Of a stretch of DNA of 64,000 nt, positions 44,932 through 59,100 are shown one piece after another. Made by a program: the position numbers and the translations under genes. The stretch comes from Harriotta raleighana (lineage: Eukaryota), in the NCBI GenBank assembly GCA_050575255.1, contig JBNZDD010013678.1, positions 2,903,461 to 2,967,460 on the forward strand, written 5' to 3'. The notes under the pieces are model-generated. The model worked only from the letters and a program-made list of their open reading frames with translations, was not told where the DNA came from and did not search any database. Positions within the stretch are counted from its first letter, which is position 1. Each line of letters begins with the position of its first letter.

Positions 44932-46221
44932 TGATAAGGCACTATAAATTGATGCTCTCCCTGACGCTACCCCACATGAAGGATGTGATATAAATGCAAG
45001 TTGACGTATATAAAATGCAAGTATTATTATTATATGTCCTATTTACTTCCACACCATGGCACAAACTGCTGATGAATGCATAAACCTGCCTCATCACATG
45101 CAGCCAAAAACAAACAAGCCATTGAACTGGAATTGCCTATACTGAAAAGTTACTTGACTTAGGACAACACTTTCAAATATTCCTGCGATTGATAAGGACC
45201 AAGTAAACAGTTACATCTGGAGTACCTGATCTACAATTCAAATTATATTGCAATGCTCAGAGAAACACTAAAAAAAATTTAAAACAATAGTAAAATGAGT
45301 AAATTGAGATTTAACATGATTTGAACAATTTGAATGAACTCTAAAGATTGCATTCATGAATTAACCGATATAGAGGTTTAGAAGATGTATATATAATCAG
45401 AATATTTGACTTAGACTTTTAGTGTAGAACAAGAGAGCATAGGTTTCAAATCAACAAATCTCAAACATGATCAGAGGCTGGAATATTTTTCTCCTTAAAG
45501 TAATGGCTATATTACCAACAGAAGCACCATAACTCCCTTAAAAAACAGCTCAGTTCTTGTATGTTTTTGCATAGTAATGGTGGATTTAGGGATATGTACA
45601 GACAGAGCTGAGAGTCTCCATGGACCAAATAGTTTCTGTAGTACTGGTGCCTGGGGAATTGTCTGTGGAAAGAAACTGGTCACATTTCAATAATGGAGCT
45701 GTAACTTACCTGTGGAAATCATCGAGCATTAATGCAGAACCTTACCCCAGAAAATAAGTCTATGGGATGGAGCCCACAAAATCACATGGAAGTATGATGA
45801 AGGCTACTTTCTCCTTCCATGAATTATTATGTATGGTCCCAAATGTATTCCGCATCATTCTGCTATCATTCTAACTGCCTAGAATCTATCTCACTTAATT
45901 TATATTATCATGCTGTAATTACTTCCATGTACAGAGTTAGTACATAAATTAGTTTAATTCAAGCTCAATGAGGAGAAAAGGTTTTGTTTGAGGTAAGTAA
46001 TTGTAAAATGGTCTCTTGGTTTATTCCTGTTAACAGTAAGAAAGGGACATGAAGAAATTTTCATTGCTCTAGCCACTTGAAGTCCCTTCTCAAGTTTTTA
46101 AATAAATTCATTTTGTTCATCTCTCACTGATGTATTCTAGTCACATTACCAATATCCAGGGGCTTTTCAATCAATGATGCACACAAACAATCTTTTTCAC
46201 TCAGCATTTATTAATGTATAT

Positions 46222-46430
46222 AATAATAATCTCTGCATTTGATATAGCGCTTTATTACATCATTGAGACATCTCAAAGCACTTCACAATGTATACTCTAA
46301 AGTGAATTGAGTGTATATTTTGTTGGAGAAATGTGGCAGCCAATTGCAGACAGCAATGTCCCACAAACAGTCGTAGATTGAGTGACCAATTTATCATTAT
46401 CATTTTGTTTTCAAGCGATTATTATGATGG
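46222..46430 (-). mobile_element. SINE 3' two-thirds
   Basis: Reverse tail plus ggcagccaattgcagacagcaatgtcccacaaacagtc. Confidence 0.85.
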
Positions 46431-48689
46431 GCATCCTGCAGAAATAACACAAAAGTCTGACAACAGTGCAATAGTCTTAGAATGGCTCAAAGAATGAGGA
46501 ATACAGCAAAGAAGCAGCAGTTGTTCCAAGTCACAGGACACTCAGTGCACAGATGTCTGCTTAAAACTGTTAGTATCAAGTTACATCGCGACTGACCCAA
46601 TTTTCTAATAGCTGCCTTTTGCCGTGATATAAAACCTTTCAAATAGAACCTGGATCAACTTCTTTTACACAAATATTAAACAGAAAGTATATTATCCTTC
46701 TAAATATATCTTTTTTTTATAGAGGGTGACCAAAATATCTTATTTTTAAGATACCCTATAATCTAAAGAAAAATATCATAATTTCATTAAGACTTATTAG
46801 ACATTGTAATGGTATCATGACTTTTTGGTCATCCTGTATATCTAAATAATCTAATTTAAGAAAGAAACAAAAACGTAACACAAAAGCATAACACACAATA
46901 CTATTGTATAATACAGTATAATTAGGCATGTGTTCCACAATTGATGTCTCAAATCCTTTATGTGTGATATTACATATACATTTCTGGTTATGTTGGAATT
47001 AATAGCAGCTTGTGCTCCTGTGAGACTGAAGAAACTGGCACAGACACATTCAATGCATCACTAAGTATTGACAAAGAAAAGAATGTTACTATGCAGTTGC
47101 CAGGAGGCCATAAATCCCATTAGTCCCCAGTATCTGAAGGAAATAAAAAGTATTGGAGTAACATTTTATATGGTAAACAGTTGTAAAATACTCTTGTTTG
47201 TCCCTGAACAAGCTTTAACTAAAAAAACTATTGCTAAAGTTTTGCAGAACATTGCTTTATACTTTTGTTTTGTAAATACTGTATAACTACAGATGTTTGC
47301 CATGGGTTTCATGGGTTGGGGAGTGAACCAGCTGAGAACTGTAATTATATTTCAGTGCCCAAAATATGTATGGAATAAACAAGGTCATGATTATTTAGTG
47401 AACTGTCAGCATGTTATGAATTAGGACTTCACTTTGGTTTCATGGATTCTGCAGATTTCACTTTATAACATAATTTGAAATTCCGAACAAGTATTTTAAC
47501 ATTTTGAAAAATACATATTTATGAAGTTTTTAAAAATAGTATTGAGTATAATTGCTGGATAAGTGAATGCATCACAGGCATGACTCACTTTTGCTTGTAT
47601 TTAACAGAGCAAAGTTGCTCTTGTGAAACACTGGGAAGGTTTTTCTAGGTTTCAAATACCATTGACAGTATCAGTTCTTCATCCCCATACAGAGCTTTGT
47701 CCAGGAAGTTGCTCTGTATCACATCCTCTCTTGAAAATAGGTAAACAACATAATGTAATCTTGGAACGTTGGAATATTATTCACATGTAATCATGTCCAT
47801 AAAGCTTACAGATCAGTAAAATGTCTGCATCAGAAATTTCAATGTTACTAAAAGGATTAAAAGANAACATTGAGTAAAATGTCTGCATCAGAAATTTCAA
47901 TGTTACTAAAAGGATTAAAAGATTATTGCAAAGCAACTTGCATCTGAGTGAAGCAAAAGAGAACTGTTGTGGGGAAAGGAGGTGCAGAAGATACATTCTC
48001 ATGGGGGAAGAGAGAAATTTGGGAGTCACTTTCATGCCACTCTTATTACTTGTCCAGTAGGGGAAAGATTTAGCACAATATCAAAGTCAGGAGTGGACAA
48101 ATCTTCATATTGCAGGACAAATACACATACCTTTTTCTCAATTAAGAATGGTGATGGCAGAGGTCTGGGAACAGATGATTTTTCTCTCCTCAGTCAAAGT
48201 ATAGTATGGGATAATTTAGACGGGAAGTTGGGCAAAAGAAATACAATCCTTTACTTCCCAAAATAGTGCACATTCACACATAAATCCATTTGTATATTTG
48301 GGTATGCATATTGTTTCTAAAATCTGCCATTATTTCATTACAACTATTCTCCATTGCTGGTTCAGAGTCAGGTCTGACTCAATGTTCCACTGTAAAGATT
48401 CACCGGGATTAATTAAATACATATTGTAACAGGATTGGCATCACAGAATAGCTGTTTGAACTGTTTGTTCATGGAATGAAACATAAATCAGTAGAGCATG
48501 TTAAAAAGTAGTGTGGTGCAATCAAGCCACTGAAACTATCACAAGTACCCAGTGTTAGAGGAAAAAAGTATAACCATCAATTAATTATTAGACATACGAG
48601 GGCAAGTTATATCAGTTATACCAACATGTTAAAGACATGCAAGAAGGTGTATGAATTTTTCTGCACCCATCTTCTCGTTTTCTATTTTG

Positions 48690-48797
48690 TTGCCGAGTTT
48701 CGCCCTAAAATATAGTCAATTTGCTTTAAGGTATAAGCGCTTTGAGATGTCTAGAAGATGTGAAAAGCGCTATATCAAATGCAAGGATTATTATTAT
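48690..48797 (+). mobile_element. SINE 3' fragment; similar tails at 4731-4835(-), 26100-26180(+), 50760-50823(+), 58690-58812(+)
   Basis: gcgctttgagatgtctagaagatgtgaaaagcgctatatcaaatgcaaggattattatt. Confidence 0.85.
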
Positions 48798-51689
48798 CTT
48801 GATGGTAAACTATAGTTGTTTAGATGATTTAGCAAAATTGGATAGTTGAAGAATTCTAGAATTGTTTATTTTTGTTTGCTTGTTATTTGATGATCACAGG
48901 GGATTCCTGATTATAACTGAGATTTAACTCATTTTGTTACATGTGGCAGATTGTTGGCCCCTTTGGGATAAGGGGGAGAATAAAGGAATAAACTATTCAG
49001 AGAGACATTAAGAATTGATCACAAAAATCACCTCTTGACTCATCTATAATTTGGTGCAGCGTTTATCCACTGACAGACAATGATAGGTGGATTTGTTGCT
49101 GAGCAAGGCAAGGCAAATGACTTTGATTGTTGACCCATTTAGTGGAGTGTCTGAGTGCCTTATGGCATCACACCCTATCATAATGTCCTTTAAGTTACTC
49201 ATTCCCTTCGATTCAGATTTTTCTGTGTTAGCATACACCTCCAATTGTGTTAATCAAAGCAATCATTTGGACTAGCTGAAAAGGTAAAATGCATTTTGCA
49301 CAAGCATGGCGTCTCGTGGTTGCATTAATTGACAAAAGTGCATAGATAGTGAAGGCTAAGATTGGAAATAGAAAATGTGGCCCATAAATTGATGTTCTTA
49401 ATTGACCTAACTATGTAACGGAATGTCAGTGGATCACGCTCCTCCTTATCTGATAGTTTCTGGAAAGAAAATAATCTGTACTGCAGTTCCCTGATGGTTT
49501 AAATTCTGGCCGCTTAGATGTAAGACAGTTTCTCAGACCCCAGAGGCAGTGCAGATGAGAGCAATGAGGATGATCCAGAGTGTTAGAGCAATGAGATATA
49601 AGCAACATTGAGTTATTACACCAGCTAAGGCTCTTCAATATTGAAAGGAGACATCTCATAGGAGATCTTATAGGAGGTGTTTGGCCTGTTAAATGGAAGC
49701 TCCTAATTAATATTCACAGGAAAAAAATTATTCAACTTGTCTTTTGACTTAATATAATATTTTAAGAAAAGGAATTCTGTTTTGCAGAGGAATTGTATAT
49801 CAATAGAGAAGCATAAAATGATGAAACACTATTACAATGTACTTTAAGGCTCATGTGATCATATCAGTGCGTAATATATCCAGACTAATGATCCTTGGAT
49901 GTAGCTTTGTTAAATTTACTTTAACCTTTTCCTTTATCATACAAATGTGACCTACATTGAGCAGAGTGTTGGGAATATTTCAAAGCAGACCTCCTTCCTT
50001 GTAATAAATCACTTTGGAGTGATTCTACATTGCCATTGCTTCAACTGTGCACTGTGGCGAGATGCTGCATTGCGCACCGTAACCTATTTTCACTTCCCAG
50101 CAGCTTTCTTTCAAATAGCAATCTAGCACATGAGATAATTTTGTAGTAGTAGTACATGACATTATCGTACTTAGTATATTAATGAAATGCAACCTTATTA
50201 ACTTGCATGAAATATAGCACCAGGCCTCGGTAAGATATCTCAAAGGGTGAATTGCGTTTGAAGTGTAATTACTTTGTTATTTACACAAATACTGTACCAA
50301 TTGCAACAAGGTGAATGAACCCTCTACTACGGATTTGATAGAATTGGATGTATCTTCTGGAAAAGCATACTTTATAATCTTAGCAATCTTCTATAGCATT
50401 TGTCTATATTCAGGGCTAGTCAGGTGTAAGACTTAAACTGCTCAATCACGGATTATTTCACATGCAAAAGCAATGCTGTAAAACCTCTGCACGTTGGTAG
50501 GTAAAGTGTGCTGTTACATCCCTTGGTGGCAGTTTCTATTTCATGGCCCAGAGAGAGATTCCTCTGCTTCCACTATTCAAGGCTCTCTTCATGCAAGACC
50601 TAACACAGTTCTCTTGAGTTTTCAAGAGCAATATGTTTAGAATAAACGTATGAAATCAATTCAGTTTGGTACAATATGGGTGAATGAATCACTTGGAAAA
50701 ACTAAGGGAAACAGACAGGTGAATTATTAGATTGTGTTATTTAATATTTAAATAATATTTAGCGCTTTGAGATGTCTAGAAGACGTGAAAAACACTATCT
50801 CAAATGCAAGAATTATTATTATTAATCCAGAATTCTAAAGAGACCAGATTCTTGAAGATTCACCATGGATTACAAGGTGAATGTAAGATCTCATTTTTGA
50901 ATGGGGAATAATAAAAGTAGATTTTATAGATCCATAAATGAAAAGATGAGATTTATATCCTGTATTATTGATTTCTATTTCAAAGCACCAGTGAAAATGA
51001 AATTGTCCCAGTTAGCGGATACTCTGCAATAGATCAGAGATTCAGGATGTGACAGGCAATTTTAGGACAAACCAGGTATTACCAGATTACCAGACAAGGG
51101 CAGTTTAGGCCAGGACACTGGTCTCATTAAAGAGACAACTTAATGCTGTTATAGGAAGACAGTACCGTTGGTTCTCCAGAAAAATGTGATCAAATGGGTG
51201 GAATGAAATAAGGTCTTAAAATGTTCAGTAAATAGGTTGTCATGTCATCATGTTTCACAGCTCACTGCTAGCTTTTAGGTTCATTTCCTAGGGTTAAGTC
51301 ACACACATCAATGTCACTAACGTCCTTTGTTTCACATTATTGTGATTTGGATTTGATTAGGCAGTTAAATGTGCCATATGAGAATGTGGAAACTCCCAAA
51401 TGAATGCTCATGTTATGGACTAGCACAAATACCGTCAACTATAGTAATAATGGATGAAACTATCAACTCTAACATGTTTTATTTGTGATGTACTATATTC
51501 ACAAAGCATTGAAAAGATATGATTTCAAGTAAAAGCCAGTTGCTGAAGTTACTCAGTTACAAAAGTTGTTACTGATGAGGCTAAAAAGCATACAGCAAAG
51601 TCGGCTCTATTGAAAAACATTTTACCAAATGCATTCTTATGCCATTTATGCAGAGAACTATATTGTTTACTGTTGCGTTCATAGCTCAT

Positions 51690-52010
51690 GGAGCAACTGT
51701 AGCTCAATGGTTAGAGCACTCGCCTTACAAGCGTGAGACCTGTGTTCGAATCCAGGCAGATCAGGGCGAAAGCTTGGGCAGGTTTCCTTACTCACACGCC
51801 TACTAATAATAATCCGATCAAAAAAACCACAATAATAAAAACTGATCATTTCAATCCATGACTGTTTGTGAGGACACTGCTGTGTACAATTGACTTCCGC
51901 GTTTTGCCCACAAATATACAGTCAATTCACTTTACAGTATATTCTGTGAAGCTCTTCGAGAGGTCAATAAGATGTGAAAAGCGCTATATCAAATGCAAGG
52001 ATTATTACTA
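51690..52010 (+). mobile_element. Full-length tRNA-derived Deu-domain SINE
   Basis: A box TAGCTCAATGG 51700-51710, B box GTTCGAATCC 51744-51753, Deu core, tail. Confidence 0.92.
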
Positions 52011-55000
52011 TATCATGAAAGGGAAGACTAGCTGCGAGCATTAACTAGTTACGTCACCCCACCATGTCAACTTGCGTTACCAAACAAGACAGCTATGAGG
52101 CAATGGTAGATCATAGCTCATTCTACAGTGTTACTTTAGTGAATTTGCGTGCAAGTGTTAATGCAATCACATACCTCTGGTTTTATGTGTGCATACCATT
52201 CAAGCAGATACAAAACATGTCTTTCAAGTATGACTTACGCTTCAGGCAAAGGGGAAAGCATGTCAAGACATTGTTTGCACATCACCAGCTTGTCATGAAT
52301 ATGGGGTGATCACTGTGAGGTGATACAGGTATACATTGCAGGCCATTCCCGTCCCCCTTACAGATGAGTCATGTTTGGATGCTGATAATGGGTGGATTGT
52401 TAGTTCACTACAACGGACAGGTTAAATCACATAATATATATGCTTGTATTTGCTTTCCCGGTACAATAAAGCCTTAAACTGTTCTATCCACGTAATTCTA
52501 CACTGGAGCTAAAGAGATTATCTGGCAAGGCAAGAGATTGTTGTTATTGGAATACTGCGTATGTTTAATATATAGACAATTATAGATACAGTATTTTAAA
52601 AATCATAAATTTTGTACATTTCATCAAGGCGAGTAGTATTATTGCAAGTAAATAGGGTTAGACTGTAGACCCAGTCTTGTCACCTCTAGACCAGGTATAT
52701 CATAGTTAAGTACAGAGCAAAGCTCCCTCCTTGTTTCAACCCAAGCTCTCTGTTTGATCGCTGAAACAAGGACACTTCTGCGCCAAGTGTCTATACCCAC
52801 AAGAAAGTGGGTTAAGATTGGCTGAAATCCAAACAGTTTGAATTGATATCCCACCCAGGCCCCTTAGGTGAAAGGTTAGAGATTGAACGCACCAATGCCC
52901 TTTACAGTGGTTTTGATGAAAGCATAATTCTAAATCTAGATCATTCAGAATTAATATACAATGGTTTCCTTGCGGTTGCAATGGGAATGTTACTTTTTTT
53001 TTCTCCAGCCTTTCCAAAAATAGCATCTCCAACTGCTCTTTGTATTCACTGCCACACAAAGATGTGAACTCCAAGATTCCACCAAAAATGTTCTGCTCGT
53101 AAAAGCGTCAGCTTTGTTCGGGCAATTAATCATAGTCTCCTATCTTTCAACAAAAGCTGGAGGATGCAAATTAAAAACGTACACAACAATGTCTTACATA
53201 GGTCCAGGGTCAAAGGTTGCAGTTGTTACATCAAATTTCTATTTTTGAAGTACTTTTATCATCAGGAAAGATGCACCTTCTGTACTCTTATAAAAACAAA
53301 TTATTTTCACATAATTGCTTGGCCGTACACTGTATTTTCAAATATGTAGAGAGGTCAGGTTGTACACCCACAGTTTGTTCAAAGCTCTCTGGCCGACTAT
53401 TAAACTGTCCAGGAACTTTCAATGAAATGTGCGGTTAATTTTTTATCAGATCCTTGACTTGTTATTTTAAAAATTAAATTAAACAGCATGTTAAATGTTA
53501 AATCTATATCTTTATAGCTGCTTGAATAATATTTGCTACAACTACTGCACCTAGTGATATTTGGCATGTACAAAACATAATAGTGTTATATAATTCAGAC
53601 TATGGACTTATTTAAACAACAATATATACTGACTAGTTACATATACTGATACAGCACAGAAACAGGCCAAATAGTCTGTGCTGTTAATCCCATGTTTCAA
53701 AGTAAAATTCCATGTGAGTTATTCTCAAAAGGAGCCTAAAGAAAAGGAAATAACAGAGTAAAGTAAAATAAGATTATTAATTAAATATATTTCAGTTATG
53801 GACAATTCTAATTCTGGATGGATTCATATCCAATTGGAAATAAATGTGCAAAGCAGACCATTGTATGATATTTTGTAGACTTGCATGTTTAGTTTAGATT
53901 GTGTGAATTATGAACTTCAATTCTGAAAATACCAACAGTAGAGGGATGACATTTGTGATGTGTTAATTATCAGCATCAAATGTCACAAAACTCACTCAAA
54001 CAGTATTTTAGAGTTCTCAATTTATATTTGTGTTTTTTTACTGCATAACTCATAAGAAATTGAAACTGACATTTATTTATGAAATTGCATGGAAAGTCTG
54101 TACACATATTTACACACAAGAAGTTTGGTTCTTAAAAAAAAGGTGGTTCAACAAGTCTCCTAATTGTCATTATCATTATTCGATGTTGTATTATTTCCTC
54201 TGTTTTGGAACCTTCGGCAATAACCAGTCTTTCACTGTTAAACTTCTGATTGCTTTTGCTTAAAACCGAGTAGCTAAATGAATTGACATTTCCAGTACTT
54301 CCTGATCTCAGTTGCTGGTCAAAGGTAAGAAGATTGTCATGGCAGCAGAGCAAAGGAATGCATCTCCTCCCATCAACAAAAGATAGAGCTTTGTGACGCT
54401 GCTGGAATGAGAAACTTTCATTGATGTGGATATGTTTTTCAGGGGATAGGTTCTGCTACCCCACATAATGTGTACTGGTGGAACCCAAAGGTTACTAACC
54501 CCAATGCCTCCAGGATAGTATCTGTCAATGTCAGAATAAATGGAAGGGATGTAGAGAGATAGAACGATTAACAATGACTATACCATGATCAAGAAGAACA
54601 CGGTACATAATCAGTTTCAAATCATCTCCAAATTCGAACATATTAAAGAAATACATAAGTAGAGACATACCTTTATTGGTATAACTTTCCCCTCTTCTCC
54701 CCTTCCCAGCATTTTCCACACTCTCTGTATAAGGTTTAGGAAATGTGTCTTCTAACATTAGAAATGTGCCGGAATGGATTTCACTATGTCCGAGGGTTCA
54801 GTAATAGTGATTCGAATAATAATCTTTGCAATTGGTGGTCAATCGTGAGTTATTAGTAACTGTTGATAATGTGGTACGCCCACTATTTTGCATCTCTCAT
54901 GCTGTTGTTGCACTGCCAAGAGTGAAATTATAATTTAGCAATGTGGAGCAGGAAGCCCAGTACCTTTTTGTTTTTCATCACCTCATGTCTACCAAAACTG

Positions 55001-55199
55001 GTTGTCTTTTTAAAAAATCTTATTCAAGAAAGAGTCCTGCAATCAGGTCTTCAGTAACATTAAGAAACATCAGACTGAAATTTTTGGATTTGGTTTTAAT
55101 AAATGGTCTTTTAAAACAAACCTTTAACGAACTTTAATGAATAGTTTTTCGTTAAAGGCTCACAGAGGAAATCGCAGTGAGATTCACATCTCACCTGCA

Positions 55200-55490
55200 T
55201 AATAATAATAATCCTTGCATTTGAGATAGCGCTTTTCACATCTTCTAGACGTCTCAAAGCACTTCACAGAATATGTTGTAAAGTGAATTGATTGCATATT
55301 TGTGGGCAAAATGCGGCAGCCAATTGCACACAGTGGTGTCCCACAAACAGTCGTGGATTGAAATGACCAATTTATTATTGTTTTTTGAGGGATTATTATT
55401 ATTAGGCATGTGGAGTAATGAAACTTGCCCAAGGCTTCACCCTGACCTGCCTGGATTCGAACACAGGCAAGTGCTCCAACCACAGGGCTG
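55200..55490 (-). mobile_element. tRNA-derived Deu-domain SINE with partly deleted head
   Basis: Reverse complement of the same consensus; ggattcgaacacagg is the reverse B box. Confidence 0.9.
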
Positions 55491-56054
55491 CAGTGGGGGC
55501 AAAATACACCTCAGCTGAAGCTCCCTCCTATTATTTAGTGTGAATTGTTTGAAAATTGGTGTCTGTAGAGTTAAGTTACATCGATGCTATGATTTGATAT
55601 CTGACTAATGGAGCTGCGAGCTCTGTGTGTCATCATAGTGCAACAGAGTGCGATGAGTTAGAGGGCAGCTGTAAAGAAGCTATACAGCTGGTCAAAGATA
55701 TTCCTACAGGGAAAGAATTTACAGGCTGTAAATGCCTTATCTACCCATGAGTGCATAGCTGTGCATCTGGCACTTAAGGGATCCAGTGACTCATGGTGCT
55801 TTGAGATTACATGTCTACCTTCTAAGGCAAGCCTGCATTTGGAGACAACCGTATTGGAAACCACCCTGTTTTCCCAGCATTGAATTTGCGGAGTTCTATT
55901 TTGCTTTGCCTTTTTTGCATGGAAATCGCACTTCACAATCAAAATGTTTTGGCATGACAGCAATTGCAATGGTGCTCTATCGCACGTGCAAATATCAGAG
56001 GCGATTGATATAACGATAACAAATAGCCTTGTGCACCTGCAAAACATTCTCTTT

Positions 56055-56125
56055 TGGGACGTCCTCCTGACATGAAAGGCGAGCGCTCTATCAATACAAT
56101 TTTGTTGTTGTTGTTGTTGTTGTTG
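56055..56125 (+). mobile_element. L2 tail fragment; similar tails at 31636-31690(-), 34350-34400(+), 57228-57295(-), 59525-59580(+), 63660-63690(+), 63775-63850(-)
   Basis: ttgggacgtcctcctgacatgaaaggcg...(ttg)n. Confidence 0.75.
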
Positions 56126-59100
56126 AAATGCCAGTCACTTAAACAACATGTTGGTAATTGAGCAGGGTTTGGGGAGAGGGGAGGGACTGAATGATCAAGG
56201 CAAATCTTGGTCCCATTGCCAATTTCTCCACCCTTATTTGATCATTGGGAGATTGAATAAGTGCATTTTTGATGGTTTTGCATGTGTTTGAACGTGTCTG
56301 ACTAAATTGCCCGACTTAAGCAACAATGCGTAAGTGAAATACCAGTTCATCCCATAGCTCTTCAGAAGTGATGTTTATCTAGTCAGCCAAATGTCAGACA
56401 CAAGCACCAATCCATCATCGTGTTTAAGAATATCTAAACCAGATTGAGTTCCGTGCATTCAAACTACACTTGGACAAATCCTGCATGTCTAGAATGAAAT
56501 ACGTATTCTCTCTCGGAGCTATGAACCCTGCTTACTTAATTCTGGTGAGTATTCGCTGCAAGCGAGAGCTGCAAAATAGTCAAAAATATCAGCTTTCCAG
56601 ATCTAAACCATGTTTTGTGGAGATTGAGCAATGAATTGGTCATGTGAATAGCATCTTGTATTTCAAAAATTTATCAAAATACATAACAGTAAATGATTTA
56701 AGAAGCTCCAGTTAGTCTAAATTGCTCAAAGAATGTCCTAAATTTAATTGCAAACAGAGCAACATTGCATTTTTCAATATTTCCATAGATCGTTCAGACA
56801 AATGTATAGCAAATTGATGTTTTCCATAGCCACAAAATTATGAAACTATTATTGCAAGTAATTGAATGCCATTTTACAGGTAGAGGAACAATTGGTTGCA
56901 GTACTCAATCAGCCTAGGTATTTTGCCAAGGGAAAGTAGCGATTCCGGTATTTCTCATTATTGCATGAAAGTTGTAAGTGATCCTAAAGATATTCCCAAT
57001 GTGATTCATTGCTCTTTGTAATCCTGCAGTTTAGTAATGATGATTACCACTGTTCACTGAATGGGCATACTCTTGAAAAAGAGTATGTGTATTAAACTGC
57101 AATATTTTTGTTAATAGCTACATTACACAAGATAACGCAGTGAAATGGAGTGGCTAATTACCCCATTCCACAGTTCCCGAATTCACATTTGTTCTCGCAG
57201 GGTAGGAATGGGTCAGGAAACCAAGCACAACAACAACTTGCATTTATATATCGCCCTTTATGTTGGGTAGTGTCCCGAAGCATTTCACAGAGGACATGAA
57301 AATCACAAGGAGCCTATAACTAAAGGTTATCATTGCCTCAATCTACTTTTAAAACATTTTTTAAAAAAACTTTAGAAATTAAATCAAAGTTTATACGCGT
57401 ATAGAATAATGTAAAAGTTAAAACAAAATACAATGGGAGCATTGAGTGTCAAGTCTGTAATAACATCCAGTCTTTGGGGAATATTTGTGGATAAACATCA
57501 AGTTACAGATTGCTGTAATCATCGGTTTCCTGCTAGGCACTGATTTTCTCCATTAAACATTAAACTTCACATTGGAGCAAGATTGCGTAGTTACAGTAGT
57601 TACCCATTAACAGTAAAAACAAACCCAGAGTAAAGCTTGGCGTTACATTGATGTTTTCCAATTACATTGGAATTGCTGGTGGAACAGCTATTGGAACAGT
57701 GTGCTGAAGTTCTGTCGTACAAAGTTAATAAATAATAATATTAGACAAAGGCAAATCCATGATCTATTGAACAGGATGGTATTTTCTTCAAATTCAATGG
57801 CGTTCTGCCAAGATTCATTCTTCTAAACATTAATTCTGAATTCCAGAGAAGTTGAAAGACCAGCTAAACTTATTAGGAAATCTTTGGATATAATTCTATA
57901 AGGTTGTAAAGGATTGAACTAAGCAAGTGAAGCTTGTTTGAACTCATCAAACACTACTATCATGAAATTGGCACCCATTTCGTAATGTTAACTAAATTTT
58001 CTGAACCCAATATCAAACACAATCTTTCAGAACTTGTTGACTTGAATTTGTAATGGGGTTAACCTCATCTTGGGAAAGATTCCTCAATTAATTCCTGTTG
58101 TAATGTCAAGGTTTCTGTAATCTGTACAAAGAAGACTTTTCTTTGGCTTTTATACACACAACAATCAACAACAGAAGCTGTCAATTACAAAATAGTATCT
58201 AACAATTTAAATTATGTACAATATCACCATCCATCACAATATCGATTTGTTCAGAATCTTTGCTAAGATTTGTTCTTTTATAAACAGGCAAAATGTTGCA
58301 GATGCTGGAAATCTGAAATAAAAATAGTCAATGTGAATAAAATATTGAAGTCATTGTTTAAGAAATTCTGATTTTAAAAAAAGTGCCCTTGATTCTTACT
58401 AAAAAAAACTGTGGTAGAATATTTAATTAACGCTCATTTCAAGAAACCAATTAATCATATCATCCCAAAGTAAAACTAATTAAGAAGGCTTTCGGAATAA
58501 AACACACTGGAAATTGGTCATATTTTGCTATCATCACATTTCAATGGCAGTAGTAAAGTGCAGCTGATTTACTAAACTAAAAGTTGGTATGGAAATAATA
58601 ATCTTGAGGGACGGGAGAATCAAAACTTTCTTGTACATCAACACATTGAATAGTATTTTTTAATTTGAAAGAAAGTCAACTGTGAACAATTGGATGCCTG
58701 ATTTCGCCCATAAATTACAGCCACTACATTTTACAATATATTCCGTGAAGGGCTTTGAGACAGCTTGAAGACGTGCTAAGGCATTATATAAAATGTAAGG
58801 ATTATTATTATTACAACTTCCTTTTTAAAGAGGAAATATTTTTAACAGCTCGTCCACCCACAGATAAGTGGTTCTACAAGCTCTTACCTCAAGAAAATAT
58901 TCAATATTTTCATTTTGGTTTTTCTTCTATGTGAAGACTTGTGGTTTAAATCCTCTGCAGTGTTCAGAGAGCTTGTATACGAAAGCCATTTACAGCACTG
59001 TCCGTGAGAATCTCAGGAATCCCATGGGTTGGCAATCATCTCTTCCGAACGGCACCTGTGCAACTGATAGAGAATGTCTTTGTGCCACTTTGGTTGTGAA

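Noticed and set aside
45700-45750. Isolated consensus donor CAG|GTAAGT on the minus strand (similar isolated donors near 9675 and 8882)
   Set aside because: No convincing paired acceptor or reading frame; expected occasionally by chance.
15235-47921. Near-identical 50-130 bp tandem duplications around single N bases at 15333, 21926, 27610, 42280, 42498 and 47865
   Set aside because: Each duplication straddles an N, the signature of unmerged overlapping contig ends. These are assembly artefacts, not biological repeats or CRISPR-like arrays.
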